A stretch of DNA of 64,000 nt from a virus. Positions 1 to 8,757 of this stretch are shown one piece after another. The notes under the pieces are model-generated. The model did no database searches and had not been told where the DNA came from. It saw only the letters and a list, made by a program, of their open reading frames with translations. How positions within the stretch are numbered: position 1 is the stretch's first letter; the number at the start of each line of letters is the position of its first letter. The position numbers were made by a program, and so were the translations under genes. The stretch lies in the IMG/VR virus record IMGVR_UViG_3300025570_000007; one strand, written 5' to 3'.

Positions 1-2
1 TT

Positions 3-356
3 ATCTACCTTTTCCTTACTATATAGCATGTATAGGTTGTGATAGATTGGAGCTAACCACGGATCCATTTTATCCTTTATATCTCCTGGTAAAAATCCTA
101 TATCTTCTTTAGACACTGTTGGTCTTGTTATTATTACCTTCTTTACCTGTTTTGTAAATAACATATCTAATGCAACTTGTGCTGCTACTAAGGTTTTACC
201 GCTTCCTGCCATCCCTTTCAGCACGGTTATAGGATTTGTAAGAATAGTAGCTTTTGCTTCTTTCTGTTCTTCGTTTAGTTGTAAGTTAAATTTAATTGGA
301 TTCTTCGGTCTGCGTTTTTGAGTAAATATCTCATCAGTGTGTGAATTACTTGCCAT
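3..356 (-). CDS. phoH: PhoH-like ATPase, N-terminal part (runs off the window edge; not in ORF track)
   Basis: Manual translation MASNSHTDEIFTQKRRPKNPIKF...LKGMAGSGKTLVA...IITRPTVSKEDIGFLPGDIKDKMDPWLAPIY: Walker A plus the PhoH GFLPG..EKM.P motif. Confidence 0.92.
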   Translation of the reverse strand, partial: MASNSHTDEIFTQKRRPKNPIKFNLQLNEEQKEAKATILTNPITVLKGMAGSGKTLVAAQVALDMLFTKQVKKVIITRPTVSKEDIGFLPGDIKDKMDPWLAPIYHNLYMLYSKEKVD

Positions 357-403
357 ATAGGAACTTTATTGTTTAGTATAAATATCCGAAAAATTCCTCG
401 TAT

Positions 404-441
404 AAACAAAAAAAGAGAGGGCTAATGCCCTCCCTCTTATT
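404..441 (-). terminator. Rho-independent terminator after the major capsid gene
   Basis: Minus strand GAGGGC-ATTA-GCCCTC stem followed by TCTTTTTTTT, about 20 nt past the capsid stop. Confidence 0.85.
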
Positions 442-459
442 ATCTATGATAAGTGTTAC

Positions 460-2067
460 TTATATAGTCTCTAAATCACTGATGAAGATCTTACCGTAAA
501 ATTCTGGTCTGATCATTTGTTTAGCGTAACGAGTCATGATACCTTTACGTGGAGTAAAAGTTTCTGGATCGTATACTAACGGTGTCATCATTAACGGAAT
601 GTATGGAGCATATACAGCACCTGTTTCCAAGAATTGAGAACCTCTGTATCCCATAAGGATTGTGTTTTCAGTCATGTAAGGGTTTTTGTATACCTTGTAA
701 CGTCCGTTTAATGATCCGGCTTTTTGTACACCGAATGCAAAGTCCATTTTGTCACCGTCTGTGTTAGCAGCAAATCCTGGAATAGATTCTAAGATTGTAG
801 CTACTGTTGGAGATACTACTAAGAAGTTAGCTCCACCACGTAAAGTTTTTTGATGAATTTTGTTTGAGATCTTTTGGATTTTAGTACCAAGTGTTTGGAA
901 CCATTGTCCTTGAGTGTTATAGAAATCTGTAGAAGCAGCTGTTCCTGAAGACCAAGCTCCATTCTCATATGTTCTGTTATTTCTAGCTGACCACTTTTCA
1001 GTTGTACGAGCACCTAAGATTAACATATCTAAGATCTCTAAATCGATCTCCATAGAGATATATTCAGACAATAGAGAAGTTAATTCAGCTTCTGCGTCAA
1101 TGTTTTGGTAAGCACTAAGATCTTGAGAAAATTCTGGTGTCCATTGTGCTTTTAACTTACGTGTTTTAGCAACAATTGCTTCAGAAGCAAGTTCTACGTT
1201 GATCTCAGGAATACTGATTGGATTGTTTGCTGAGTTTAAAGTTGTGTTACCGTCTTCAAAGTCACCTCTCTTATTATCAGTTGGTTGTTTGTGATAAACA
1301 ACAGATCCTGTGATTGATGTATCTACTGATGTAGCAGATTTTGCGATAACGAAAGTTACTGCATTTCCTGATACTGTAGTATACTGTGGTAAACTTGTTA
1401 CGTCTGCTGATGCAGATAAGATTCTAAAAGCTCTTACGCCTTCAGCATCAAAGTTAGTACCTGAAAAATCAACTGCTACTGTGTAGTAGTCGCCTGGATT
1501 AATTCCAGCTTCAAATCCGATAGATGCAGATGTTGCAGCTCCTACCCCTTGAGTGATGGCTAAAGAAGCCGAGTTGATTGTGTATCCAAATCTTCCTGCT
1601 CCGTAAAGACCTCCGTCTACGTCTTGATCTACAGCCATTTTACTGTTTGCAGTTGAAACGTTTCCGTAGATATTGTCTCCTTCAGAGAAAGGTGCATTAC
1701 CTGATCCGTATTTAAAATCTAAGTAAAATACAAGTCCTGAAGGTAAATTCATTGGTTGTACAGATACAAAGTCTTTAGAAGCGATTTGAGCGAATACTTT
1801 ACGTACTAATGGTAAAGCTACTCCTGCCCATTGTTCTCCTGAACCGGCTGTGAAGCTTGCTCCTGCAGTACCGTTACCGGTAACAGAACCTTCAGATACG
1901 ATTCTTTTAGCTTGATTCTCAAGAATCATAGCCATGTTATTTTTCTCGATTTCGTTAGAGATTCCCTCTAATAATCCAGACTGTTGCCATTTCCCAGCTA
2001 AACGTGCAGCATCTGCTTGTACGCTTTTGTAAGGGTTAGCACTCTCTAATAATTGGTTAATTTCCAT
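460..2067 (-). CDS. Major capsid protein, T4 gp23-like
   Basis: VSVQPMNLPSGLVFYL, AKTRKLKAQWTPEFSQDL, DAEAEL..LLSE.IS.EID.EI, YAPYIPL, F.PRKGIMTRYA motifs of gp23. Confidence 0.97.
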   Translation of the reverse strand: MEINQLLESANPYKSVQADAARLAGKWQQSGLLEGISNEIEKNNMAMILENQAKRIVSEGSVTGNGTAGASFTAGSGEQWAGVALPLVRKVFAQIASKDFVSVQPMNLPSGLVFYLDFKYGSGNAPFSEGDNIYGNVSTANSKMAVDQDVDGGLYGAGRFGYTINSASLAITQGVGAATSASIGFEAGINPGDYYTVAVDFSGTNFDAEGVRAFRILSASADVTSLPQYTTVSGNAVTFVIAKSATSVDTSITGSVVYHKQPTDNKRGDFEDGNTTLNSANNPISIPEINVELASEAIVAKTRKLKAQWTPEFSQDLSAYQNIDAEAELTSLLSEYISMEIDLEILDMLILGARTTEKWSARNNRTYENGAWSSGTAASTDFYNTQGQWFQTLGTKIQKISNKIHQKTLRGGANFLVVSPTVATILESIPGFAANTDGDKMDFAFGVQKAGSLNGRYKVYKNPYMTENTILMGYRGSQFLETGAVYAPYIPLMMTPLVYDPETFTPRKGIMTRYAKQMIRPEFYGKIFISDLETI

Positions 2068-2095
2068 AATTATTTTTAAAAAATGTGTTCTTTAA

Positions 2096-3244
2096 TTATT
2101 TTATAATTCCTGCTAGTTTCTGCATTCTTCTAACAGCGTCTGATGCTTCAGAGATAATCTCTGGTTTTGCAGCAGTAGTTCCGGTGGCTTTTGAAGCTCT
2201 ACCTAATTTTGCTTCTTGTATTTTGCGTCCTCTTATAGGCTTAGCAATTACGTTTTTAGAAACAGTTTCGTAAACTAATTTAACTTCTTTTACTGTCTCA
2301 GCTTTATCAAATGCAGTGATAATATTCACTTTTTGAGACTCGTTTAAATTATTTACTTTGAATACCTTATTTACATAAAGTAATTTAGCATTAAGAAGAT
2401 TAACTTCTTGAAGTTGTTTCTTAAGTACGTTAACTGTCTTAACTGCCTCTTTCAAGTCAGCTTTTACTTCTTCCACAGTTTCTTCTTTAGATTCTTCTTG
2501 TTCGTTTCTCATTGCTGATCCGGCTCCGGCTCCTAAGTCCTGTAAAAGTGCTATTGCTTTTGCAGCAATAGGTCCTCCTTTAGCTACTAGAGCTTTTAAT
2601 CCGTCAACGATACTATCAAGTCCAGCTGCAGCTCCTCCGGTTGGTTCTCCACCAAATTGACCTTCGTTTGCTTCGCCTTCTTCCATTGCAGAAAGTTCTC
2701 TAAGAAGTTCGTCTAAATCAATTTCCTCTTCTTCTTCTGCTCCCATCATATCATCAGCAGGCATTTCTTCGCCTGGTAATTCTTCTCCTGGGATTGGTTC
2801 TCCTTCTAGTCCACCTTCGCCAGCCTCTTGGCCAACTATGTCTCTAATAAGGTCTTTTAAATCGTCGATAGTTAAATCTTCAATTTCTAATTCGTCTTCA
2901 AGTTCACCTTCTTCGCCAGCTTCTGCTTCGTCTTCAGATTCTTCTGAATCAACCTCGGCTTCGTCTTCTAGACCTTCTTCTTCCTCTTCGAAAGTAAGTT
3001 CTTCCTCAAGTTGTTTAGTCTGTTCAGTTGTGTCTTTCGTGTTAACGTCTACTTCTCCACCTTGGATTTCATCAACTGTTTCTTCATCAGACTCTTCCAT
3101 CTCTTGAAGTTTTGCAGCTAACATGCTTTTTAAATGAGGTGTCAATGTTTCCTCTAAAGCGTCTTTAGCGTTGATTATAGCAGCTTCACGTACAGACTTC
3201 GCGGCAGCAATAGCTTCCTTGAATAGTTCTTTGTTGTTGTGCAT
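2096..3244 (-). CDS. Prohead core/scaffold protein (gp22-like)
   Basis: Highly acidic coiled-coil protein directly upstream of the capsid gene; C-terminal RMQKLAGI motif. Confidence 0.8.
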   Translation of the reverse strand: MHNNKELFKEAIAAAKSVREAAIINAKDALEETLTPHLKSMLAAKLQEMEESDEETVDEIQGGEVDVNTKDTTEQTKQLEEELTFEEEEEGLEDEAEVDSEESEDEAEAGEEGELEDELEIEDLTIDDLKDLIRDIVGQEAGEGGLEGEPIPGEELPGEEMPADDMMGAEEEEEIDLDELLRELSAMEEGEANEGQFGGEPTGGAAAGLDSIVDGLKALVAKGGPIAAKAIALLQDLGAGAGSAMRNEQEESKEETVEEVKADLKEAVKTVNVLKKQLQEVNLLNAKLLYVNKVFKVNNLNESQKVNIITAFDKAETVKEVKLVYETVSKNVIAKPIRGRKIQEAKLGRASKATGTTAAKPEIISEASDAVRRMQKLAGIIK

Positions 3245-3356
3245 TTAATAAATTTTTGTTGTGTCTACGATTATTGGAATCGTAATAGGAAAGTTTTTTA
3301 TGCGAATACAGTATAGTGACTGTATATTTGTAATAATAAATAGTGCTAGGTTCCGG

Positions 3357-3392
3357 AAACAAGAAAACCTACCGTTTCGGGTAGGTTCTTAT
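3357..3392 (-). terminator. Rho-independent terminator
   Basis: Minus strand AACCTACC-CGAAAC-GGTAGGTT followed by TTCTTGTTT. Confidence 0.8.
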
Positions 3393-3413
3393 GGTGTGTT
3401 ATGTTTTTACTAT

Positions 3414-4040
3414 TTACTTCTGAAAGATTAATACATCTTCGCTGTCAAAGAAAAGAACTGATGTTTTAAATCCGCTTTCATCGTTTGGAGTATACCCTAC
3501 TTCTGTAGGATCTAGTGTATAGTTTATAGCAAAACCATCTTCGATTTCTTTTGCGTTTTCAGGATCTGTTAATATCTGTTGTCTTTGACTTTCTAGATAT
3601 TTTAAAAGTTCTTTAGGGTCTCTATTATCTTTTACCTCAACATTACCAGGAGATCCGTAATCTGTTTCAGTGCGTACAGGTCTGTTAAGATCTATCCCTA
3701 CTTTCTTGAAGAGATCAGCTACTGATATATCTTTTCCGCTTATGTAGTTAGAGGTCTCCTCTTTTTCGTTTTCTTTAATTCCCTGGAGGTAATCTCTAAC
3801 GATTGAGTCGATTTCGTCTGTGTCTTTACTTGAGATTAAAGAGTCCCAAGTATTCCATCCTTGTTGATCTTCATCATCTCCTGTTAAATCATCGTAAACC
3901 TGTCTTAATACCTCTTGTCCGTATTTTTTCTCAATATAGGTTTGTGCGTTAAATTCCTTGATTACTGTGTTAACTCTCTTACTATCGAAAGTTTGTTTAT
4001 TCTCTATTAAGAATTTTTTAAGGTCGAAATTGTCTGCCAT
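3414..4040 (-). CDS. Hypothetical protein, putative internal head protein
   Basis: In the head cluster; N-terminus MADNFDLKKFLIE; several I/L-x-E sites. Confidence 0.55.
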   Translation of the reverse strand: MADNFDLKKFLIENKQTFDSKRVNTVIKEFNAQTYIEKKYGQEVLRQVYDDLTGDDEDQQGWNTWDSLISSKDTDEIDSIVRDYLQGIKENEKEETSNYISGKDISVADLFKKVGIDLNRPVRTETDYGSPGNVEVKDNRDPKELLKYLESQRQQILTDPENAKEIEDGFAINYTLDPTEVGYTPNDESGFKTSVLFFDSEDVLIFQK

Positions 4041-4081
4041 TTTATTATTATTATTATTATTATGCTAAATATATGTGTTTT

Positions 4082-5065
4082 TTATCGTTTTTGCAACTGT
4101 TTATCTAAGTAATCTTGGTAAGCTTCTGCTTCTTCTGGTCTCATTTCTCTATCTATCTCGATTGAGTCGTAATCAGTTTCGCCATATGATCCTGCAGCTA
4201 TCCCTACATAATACTTACCTGTGCTTGTACTTTTTCCGTTCATCTCAACATCATACCCTTCTCTTTCTGATTCATCTTGATCCCAAGGATTATCTGTTCC
4301 TCCGTATGGAAGTACTCCGTCTTCTGTCCACTCTATGTCGTCTGGATGTTCTAATGTATTTTCTTTAACACTTCCTTTACGTTTTGCTAATTCTTTCTTA
4401 ACATCTTGTATATCTTGTTCATTTCCTTCGTACCTTGATAGATTAACAATCATATCAGCTAGTGCATCATTAGAATATCCTTCAAGACCTTCAATAACAA
4501 TTAATTTAATTACATCTTCCTTAAGTACTCTCTCTTTAGGTGTTAATCCTTCAAATAACGATTCATATGCCCATTGATGTAGTTGATCTGCATGCTGATC
4601 CTGTAATCTGTTTAATTGATCATCTGTTAACTCGGTTCCATCTTCAAAATTAGCTGTTGCTATGAAAGTATCGGTAAAATCAGGGTAATCCCTATCATCT
4701 ACACCGTCTAGTTGAACTGTTCCCATGTCTACCTTCTTTCCGTCAATAGTTCCTGCTGGTTCTACTGGTAAGTCTGGAGATATTTGGAATCCTTTAATAC
4801 TTTTAACGCTATATGTGATTTCCCCTATTTTATCTTTTAGTAGAGCTAATGCTTCATCTTCGCTACCTGCTTCTACAGTGTATCCATAGTCTACTCCTGG
4901 TCTACTCTCTACATTTACAACTATCTTATACTGTAAAGGCTCTTCTTTAATGACTCTATGGGTAACTAGCTTATTTTCGTTAGTATTATCCTCTGTTAAA
5001 ATCTTTTTACCTTGTTCCTCCTTATAGTTAGTTAGAAACCTGTAATAGTTGAATCTTTCTCCCAT
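4082..5065 (-). CDS. Hypothetical acidic protein, putative internal head protein
   Basis: Modular acidic ORF punctuated by LTE/IKE/LFE/LKE/VKE; coupled to the protease gene. Confidence 0.55.
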   Translation of the reverse strand: MGERFNYYRFLTNYKEEQGKKILTEDNTNENKLVTHRVIKEEPLQYKIVVNVESRPGVDYGYTVEAGSEDEALALLKDKIGEITYSVKSIKGFQISPDLPVEPAGTIDGKKVDMGTVQLDGVDDRDYPDFTDTFIATANFEDGTELTDDQLNRLQDQHADQLHQWAYESLFEGLTPKERVLKEDVIKLIVIEGLEGYSNDALADMIVNLSRYEGNEQDIQDVKKELAKRKGSVKENTLEHPDDIEWTEDGVLPYGGTDNPWDQDESEREGYDVEMNGKSTSTGKYYVGIAAGSYGETDYDSIEIDREMRPEEAEAYQDYLDKQLQKR

Positions 5066-5643
5066 TATGCTCTTAATATGTCGTTAATTAGATCGTGTGC
5101 TTTACAGTATCTGGTGCAAGCTTGCTTTCCTTCGTTTAAACTTACTGGATTCATAAATGCTCCATGTGTTGAAGGATTAGATACAAAGTCCCAGCATACT
5201 AACTCAAAATCAGGCTGTACTTCTAATGTTCCTTCATTTGTTTGTTCTACTGATCCTGTTCCTCTTGATGAAATACCTATTGTATGACCTGCTTTTACAA
5301 TCTCCTTTACAATATTTCCTGAAGGTGTATTAAGAAGTTCTATTCTTCCTTTCAGTTCATCACCATCCCACCATAATTCTTTGATTATATGTGATGCATT
5401 CTTTAAAGACACTACTGCTGATTCAGGATGATCTAACTCACCGTAAGCATTCCCGTTCTTTACAAACTCGTCTACATATTTTTGAGCTTCAGTTACTAAA
5501 ATCTCTTTTTTATATACTCTCCCGTTCTGGTTTTTAGCTCCAGCTCTTTGTAATACACCTTCTACCTCAAAAACACCAGGTCTTTGCTTAGATTCCCTAA
5601 GGATAGGTTTAAACGATGTTATATCTACAAGTAATTTTGTCAT
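5065..5643 (-). CDS. Prohead protease, T4 gp21-like
   Basis: KNQNGRVY, GELDHP (catalytic His), GISSRG.GS (catalytic Ser), WDFVSNPS. Confidence 0.96.
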   Translation of the reverse strand: MTKLLVDITSFKPILRESKQRPGVFEVEGVLQRAGAKNQNGRVYKKEILVTEAQKYVDEFVKNGNAYGELDHPESAVVSLKNASHIIKELWWDGDELKGRIELLNTPSGNIVKEIVKAGHTIGISSRGTGSVEQTNEGTLEVQPDFELVCWDFVSNPSTHGAFMNPVSLNEGKQACTRYCKAHDLINDILRA

Positions 5644-5649
5644 GTTCTT

Positions 5650-5901
5650 TTAGTTTCCTGTTCTACTCTTTACTCCTTTGTATGCACCAAGTAAGTGACT
5701 GGCTATTGATTTAGCATCCATGTTTGTTAACTGGTCTGCTGATCTTCTGTAATGTTCTGCAAGCTTATATAAAAGTTCCTCCATTTCCTCTGCAGAAAAG
5801 TATCGAAGTTCGTCCATTATCTGTTCTACACTCTGATTTTTATTATTAGAGCTTTCGTACAGTTTAGCTTTCCAGTTATGTATATCGAAATCTGATTTCA
5901 T
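5650..5901 (-). CDS. Hypothetical protein (probable start MKSDFDIH at 5901)
   Basis: ATG at 5901 lies just past the upstream stop; the track start at 5949 overlaps the previous gene. Confidence 0.6.
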   Translation of the reverse strand: MKSDFDIHNWKAKLYESSNNKNQSVEQIMDELRYFSAEEMEELLYKLAEHYRRSADQLTNMDAKSIASHLLGAYKGVKSRTGN

Positions 5902-5902
5902 A

Positions 5903-7678
5903 TTACTTTTTTCTTTTAGTATATTTTCTTTTTGGAGACTTATTCTCATTAACTTCTCCTCCTGCTGGATTCTGTCTTATCATTTCCTGCTGTTCTGGTG
6001 ATGCTACTTGTGTCTTAGGTAGCTCTATCGATCTGTATTTCTGAAGGACTGGTTCTAAGTCTTTTTTAAATGCTGCTGATATTGCTGGTGCCATAAATGG
6101 ACCTATGTTTGTATATATATTCTCAATATTCTGTCTAGTGTCTAGATAAGTCTTTTCAATCTTAGCGATATGATCTGCTAAATCTGTAGCTCCTTTACGT
6201 ATACGTGCTGCTAGGTCTTCGTTATCACTATTTTCATAGTTGATATACCTTTCTAAATTTTCTGCTCTAGCTTCTTTAAGAAGTTTTCTGTCTTCTGTAA
6301 GAATACCTGTGATCATTTTCTTAAAGGTTTCTTTAAGTTGTTCTCTTACTTTATTTTCTTCATATACACCGAAAGCATCTTCCTCTGATCGTTCTGCTGC
6401 TCTATCTGATGCATTTCTATCTTGGGATGCTCTTATTTTAGCGTTCTTTAAAGAAAGTCCTTTTGCTACGTATCTCTTAACTAATGCGTCAAATGATTTT
6501 GAAGCTTCTTCTATATTATCAGTACCTTCTTCAACACTCTCTTCTACTTCCTGTAAATTACTTGCAAGATAGTCTACTAAATCTTTCTTAGCGTGTGGAA
6601 TCATTCCTGGCTCTGTCATAGGACCGTCTTTCCATTCATCCCATACTGCAAGTAAGTGTTTGATAGCTTTTTCTAATCTTGGACCCATAGACTCTACGTA
6701 TCCTCCATTTCCATAATCATCTTCTTTTACTATCTTACCTCCTTTAATTTTTCTTGCTCTACCTTCTTCTAGAGATTTTGCACTATTTAAAGCTTTAAGT
6801 ATTATCTCTTTCTTTGATAATTGATCAGATGATAATGTTTCCTCTCCTAAATCAAAAAGTCCTTTAGCTTTCATTTTCTTAACCCAAGCTTGTCTACTCT
6901 TTCTATGTTCTTCTCTTCCAGCTGGTGATAGTTTTTTATGGTGATTAAGTCCATCTACCTTTCCTTGATACTGGTTAGTAGCTTTAGGGTAGCTTGGATG
7001 TTTCATTTCTTTAAAATTAGTCTTCTTCTTATCCATTACCATTTTTGCTATACTTAGACTACGTCCCCAAAGACTTGTTGGATTAGCATCTATATAGTCC
7101 TGTATTTCATCAGCGGTTAAATCATCCCACTTTGGATGCTCACTCATGGAGTTCTTATCTCCTTTCTCAAAAGCCGGAGTTCCATGAGGTGAAAATTCAC
7201 TTATTTTACCTTTTTTAGATTCCTTTAGTGTAGCTTTCTTAAGTCCGTTATAAGTATCAACAGTATTTTTTGCTGTTGCTGGTGTCATTTGGTCATGTTT
7301 ATCTACTTTCTTAGAATCTCCTGACATTAAATGCAAGTAGAAGTTACAGTCTTTAGCTAAGTTTTTCATAACTTTAGCTTTGGCTTTTTCATAGTCACTC
7401 TTTTGTACAGTTCCTACTGTATCGATACCCATTTTTTCTAACTCCACGTCAACACCTCTCTGAATTGATTCTAATGAGTAGTTCTTTTCAAGATCTGCTG
7501 CTGGTGTTTTTTTAGCCTCTACAATCACACCTTTATTCTTAAGAATCTGTACAGTGTCTTTGTATCCGTTAAAAGGACTAATGTAGTTAGGTAGCTGTAG
7601 TTTAGCATCTCTAACAAATTGTGTTTTAGAGAAGTTATTCTCTAATATTGCGTTATATTTTTCCTGTAGTGTCTTCAT
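5903..7678 (-). CDS. Hypothetical charged protein, putative internal head/core protein
   Basis: 591-aa ORF between portal and protease with many LKE/LEE/LQE/LTE sites. Confidence 0.55.
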   Translation of the reverse strand: MKTLQEKYNAILENNFSKTQFVRDAKLQLPNYISPFNGYKDTVQILKNKGVIVEAKKTPAADLEKNYSLESIQRGVDVELEKMGIDTVGTVQKSDYEKAKAKVMKNLAKDCNFYLHLMSGDSKKVDKHDQMTPATAKNTVDTYNGLKKATLKESKKGKISEFSPHGTPAFEKGDKNSMSEHPKWDDLTADEIQDYIDANPTSLWGRSLSIAKMVMDKKKTNFKEMKHPSYPKATNQYQGKVDGLNHHKKLSPAGREEHRKSRQAWVKKMKAKGLFDLGEETLSSDQLSKKEIILKALNSAKSLEEGRARKIKGGKIVKEDDYGNGGYVESMGPRLEKAIKHLLAVWDEWKDGPMTEPGMIPHAKKDLVDYLASNLQEVEESVEEGTDNIEEASKSFDALVKRYVAKGLSLKNAKIRASQDRNASDRAAERSEEDAFGVYEENKVREQLKETFKKMITGILTEDRKLLKEARAENLERYINYENSDNEDLAARIRKGATDLADHIAKIEKTYLDTRQNIENIYTNIGPFMAPAISAAFKKDLEPVLQKYRSIELPKTQVASPEQQEMIRQNPAGGEVNENKSPKRKYTKRKK

Positions 7679-7853
7679 CTAAGTAATCGAACATTTTAGT
7701 ATTATGTGGTCTTTTTTTTCCTTTAACTTTCTTAAAAGCTTTTGGAGATCCTGTTTGTGCTCCTGATCCTGGTGTAAATGAAGCTCCACCCCCTGTGGTG
7801 TTCATCTCCTTTATTACACTTTGAACAAAATTTGTTAATTCACTTCTCTTCAT
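7653..7853 (-). CDS. Small hypothetical head-cluster protein
   Basis: MKRSELTNFVQSVIKE|MNTTGG...PKAF; coupled ORF. Confidence 0.6.
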   Translation of the reverse strand: MKRSELTNFVQSVIKEMNTTGGGASFTPGSGAQTGSPKAFKKVKGKKRPHNTKMFDYLDEDTTGKI

Positions 7854-8704
7854 TACTTCTTTAATTCTTGGACCAGCTCGTAATATTGCATTATATTTAC
7901 AAGATGATCGTCAGTTACTCTTTTTGTTTTAGGTACCGGTATAATTGTCTTAACTACTTCCTGTAGTTTAATTCCAATAATTTCATCTTCAACGTCATTA
8001 CCTACCTCTATTATAGCTACTCTAAGTTTACTTAGCTCTTCATTTACTATATTTCTCAACCTAGTTGAGGAATCTACTGATGTTATAAATTCTCTCAGTA
8101 TATTTTTTTGCTCTGGTAAAAGAGATTTGTACCTTTTATTAAACTTCTCTAAAAGTATCTTAAAGGTCAGTAGTTTTAAATCTTTATCGTATTTAGAATA
8201 TTCTTCTATTAACGTATCTTTTACATCATCCTTATCCTGTTCTGCATTTGTAAGATGTTCCAGTAAGGTTGTCTTATTATCAATAAGTACCTCTGGATCG
8301 ACAACATCTGTGGCTTTATGGGCTTCTAGTAAACAGTATAATGCTGCTAGTGGTTTATAGTCTGGTACTTTTATTGAAAAGAATTCCTCTACGTCGTAAC
8401 TTTCTTTAATTTCCTTAATAAGACTGTATTTCTGTTTCTTAAGGGTATCTGAATTAACCGTTCTAGATATTTCTATGATGGTTGATACGATAGATTCTGC
8501 CTTATTTTGAGATACTGCTCTATTCTTAAGGATGAACTCATACAACTTAAATTCACGCACTAACGCTGTCTTACCTGTATAGAAGTTTTTTAATATCTTC
8601 ACAGCAGGGGAATCTTGATTATTTAAAGTATCGGCAGCAATTTGTTTTACTAGCAACTCAAATATCAGTCCCGTATTTTTATACTTACTATGTTTTATGC
8701 GCAT
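7853..8704 (-). CDS. Hypothetical head-assembly protein downstream of the portal
   Basis: 283-aa helical ORF preceded by the late-type motif at 8746-8754. Confidence 0.55.
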   Translation of the reverse strand: MRIKHSKYKNTGLIFELLVKQIAADTLNNQDSPAVKILKNFYTGKTALVREFKLYEFILKNRAVSQNKAESIVSTIIEISRTVNSDTLKKQKYSLIKEIKESYDVEEFFSIKVPDYKPLAALYCLLEAHKATDVVDPEVLIDNKTTLLEHLTNAEQDKDDVKDTLIEEYSKYDKDLKLLTFKILLEKFNKRYKSLLPEQKNILREFITSVDSSTRLRNIVNEELSKLRVAIIEVGNDVEDEIIGIKLQEVVKTIIPVPKTKRVTDDHLVNIMQYYELVQELKK

Positions 8705-8757
8705 TATTGTTTAGTTTTTCGTGTATAAGTATACCGCTCTACTTATATAAATAGTAT

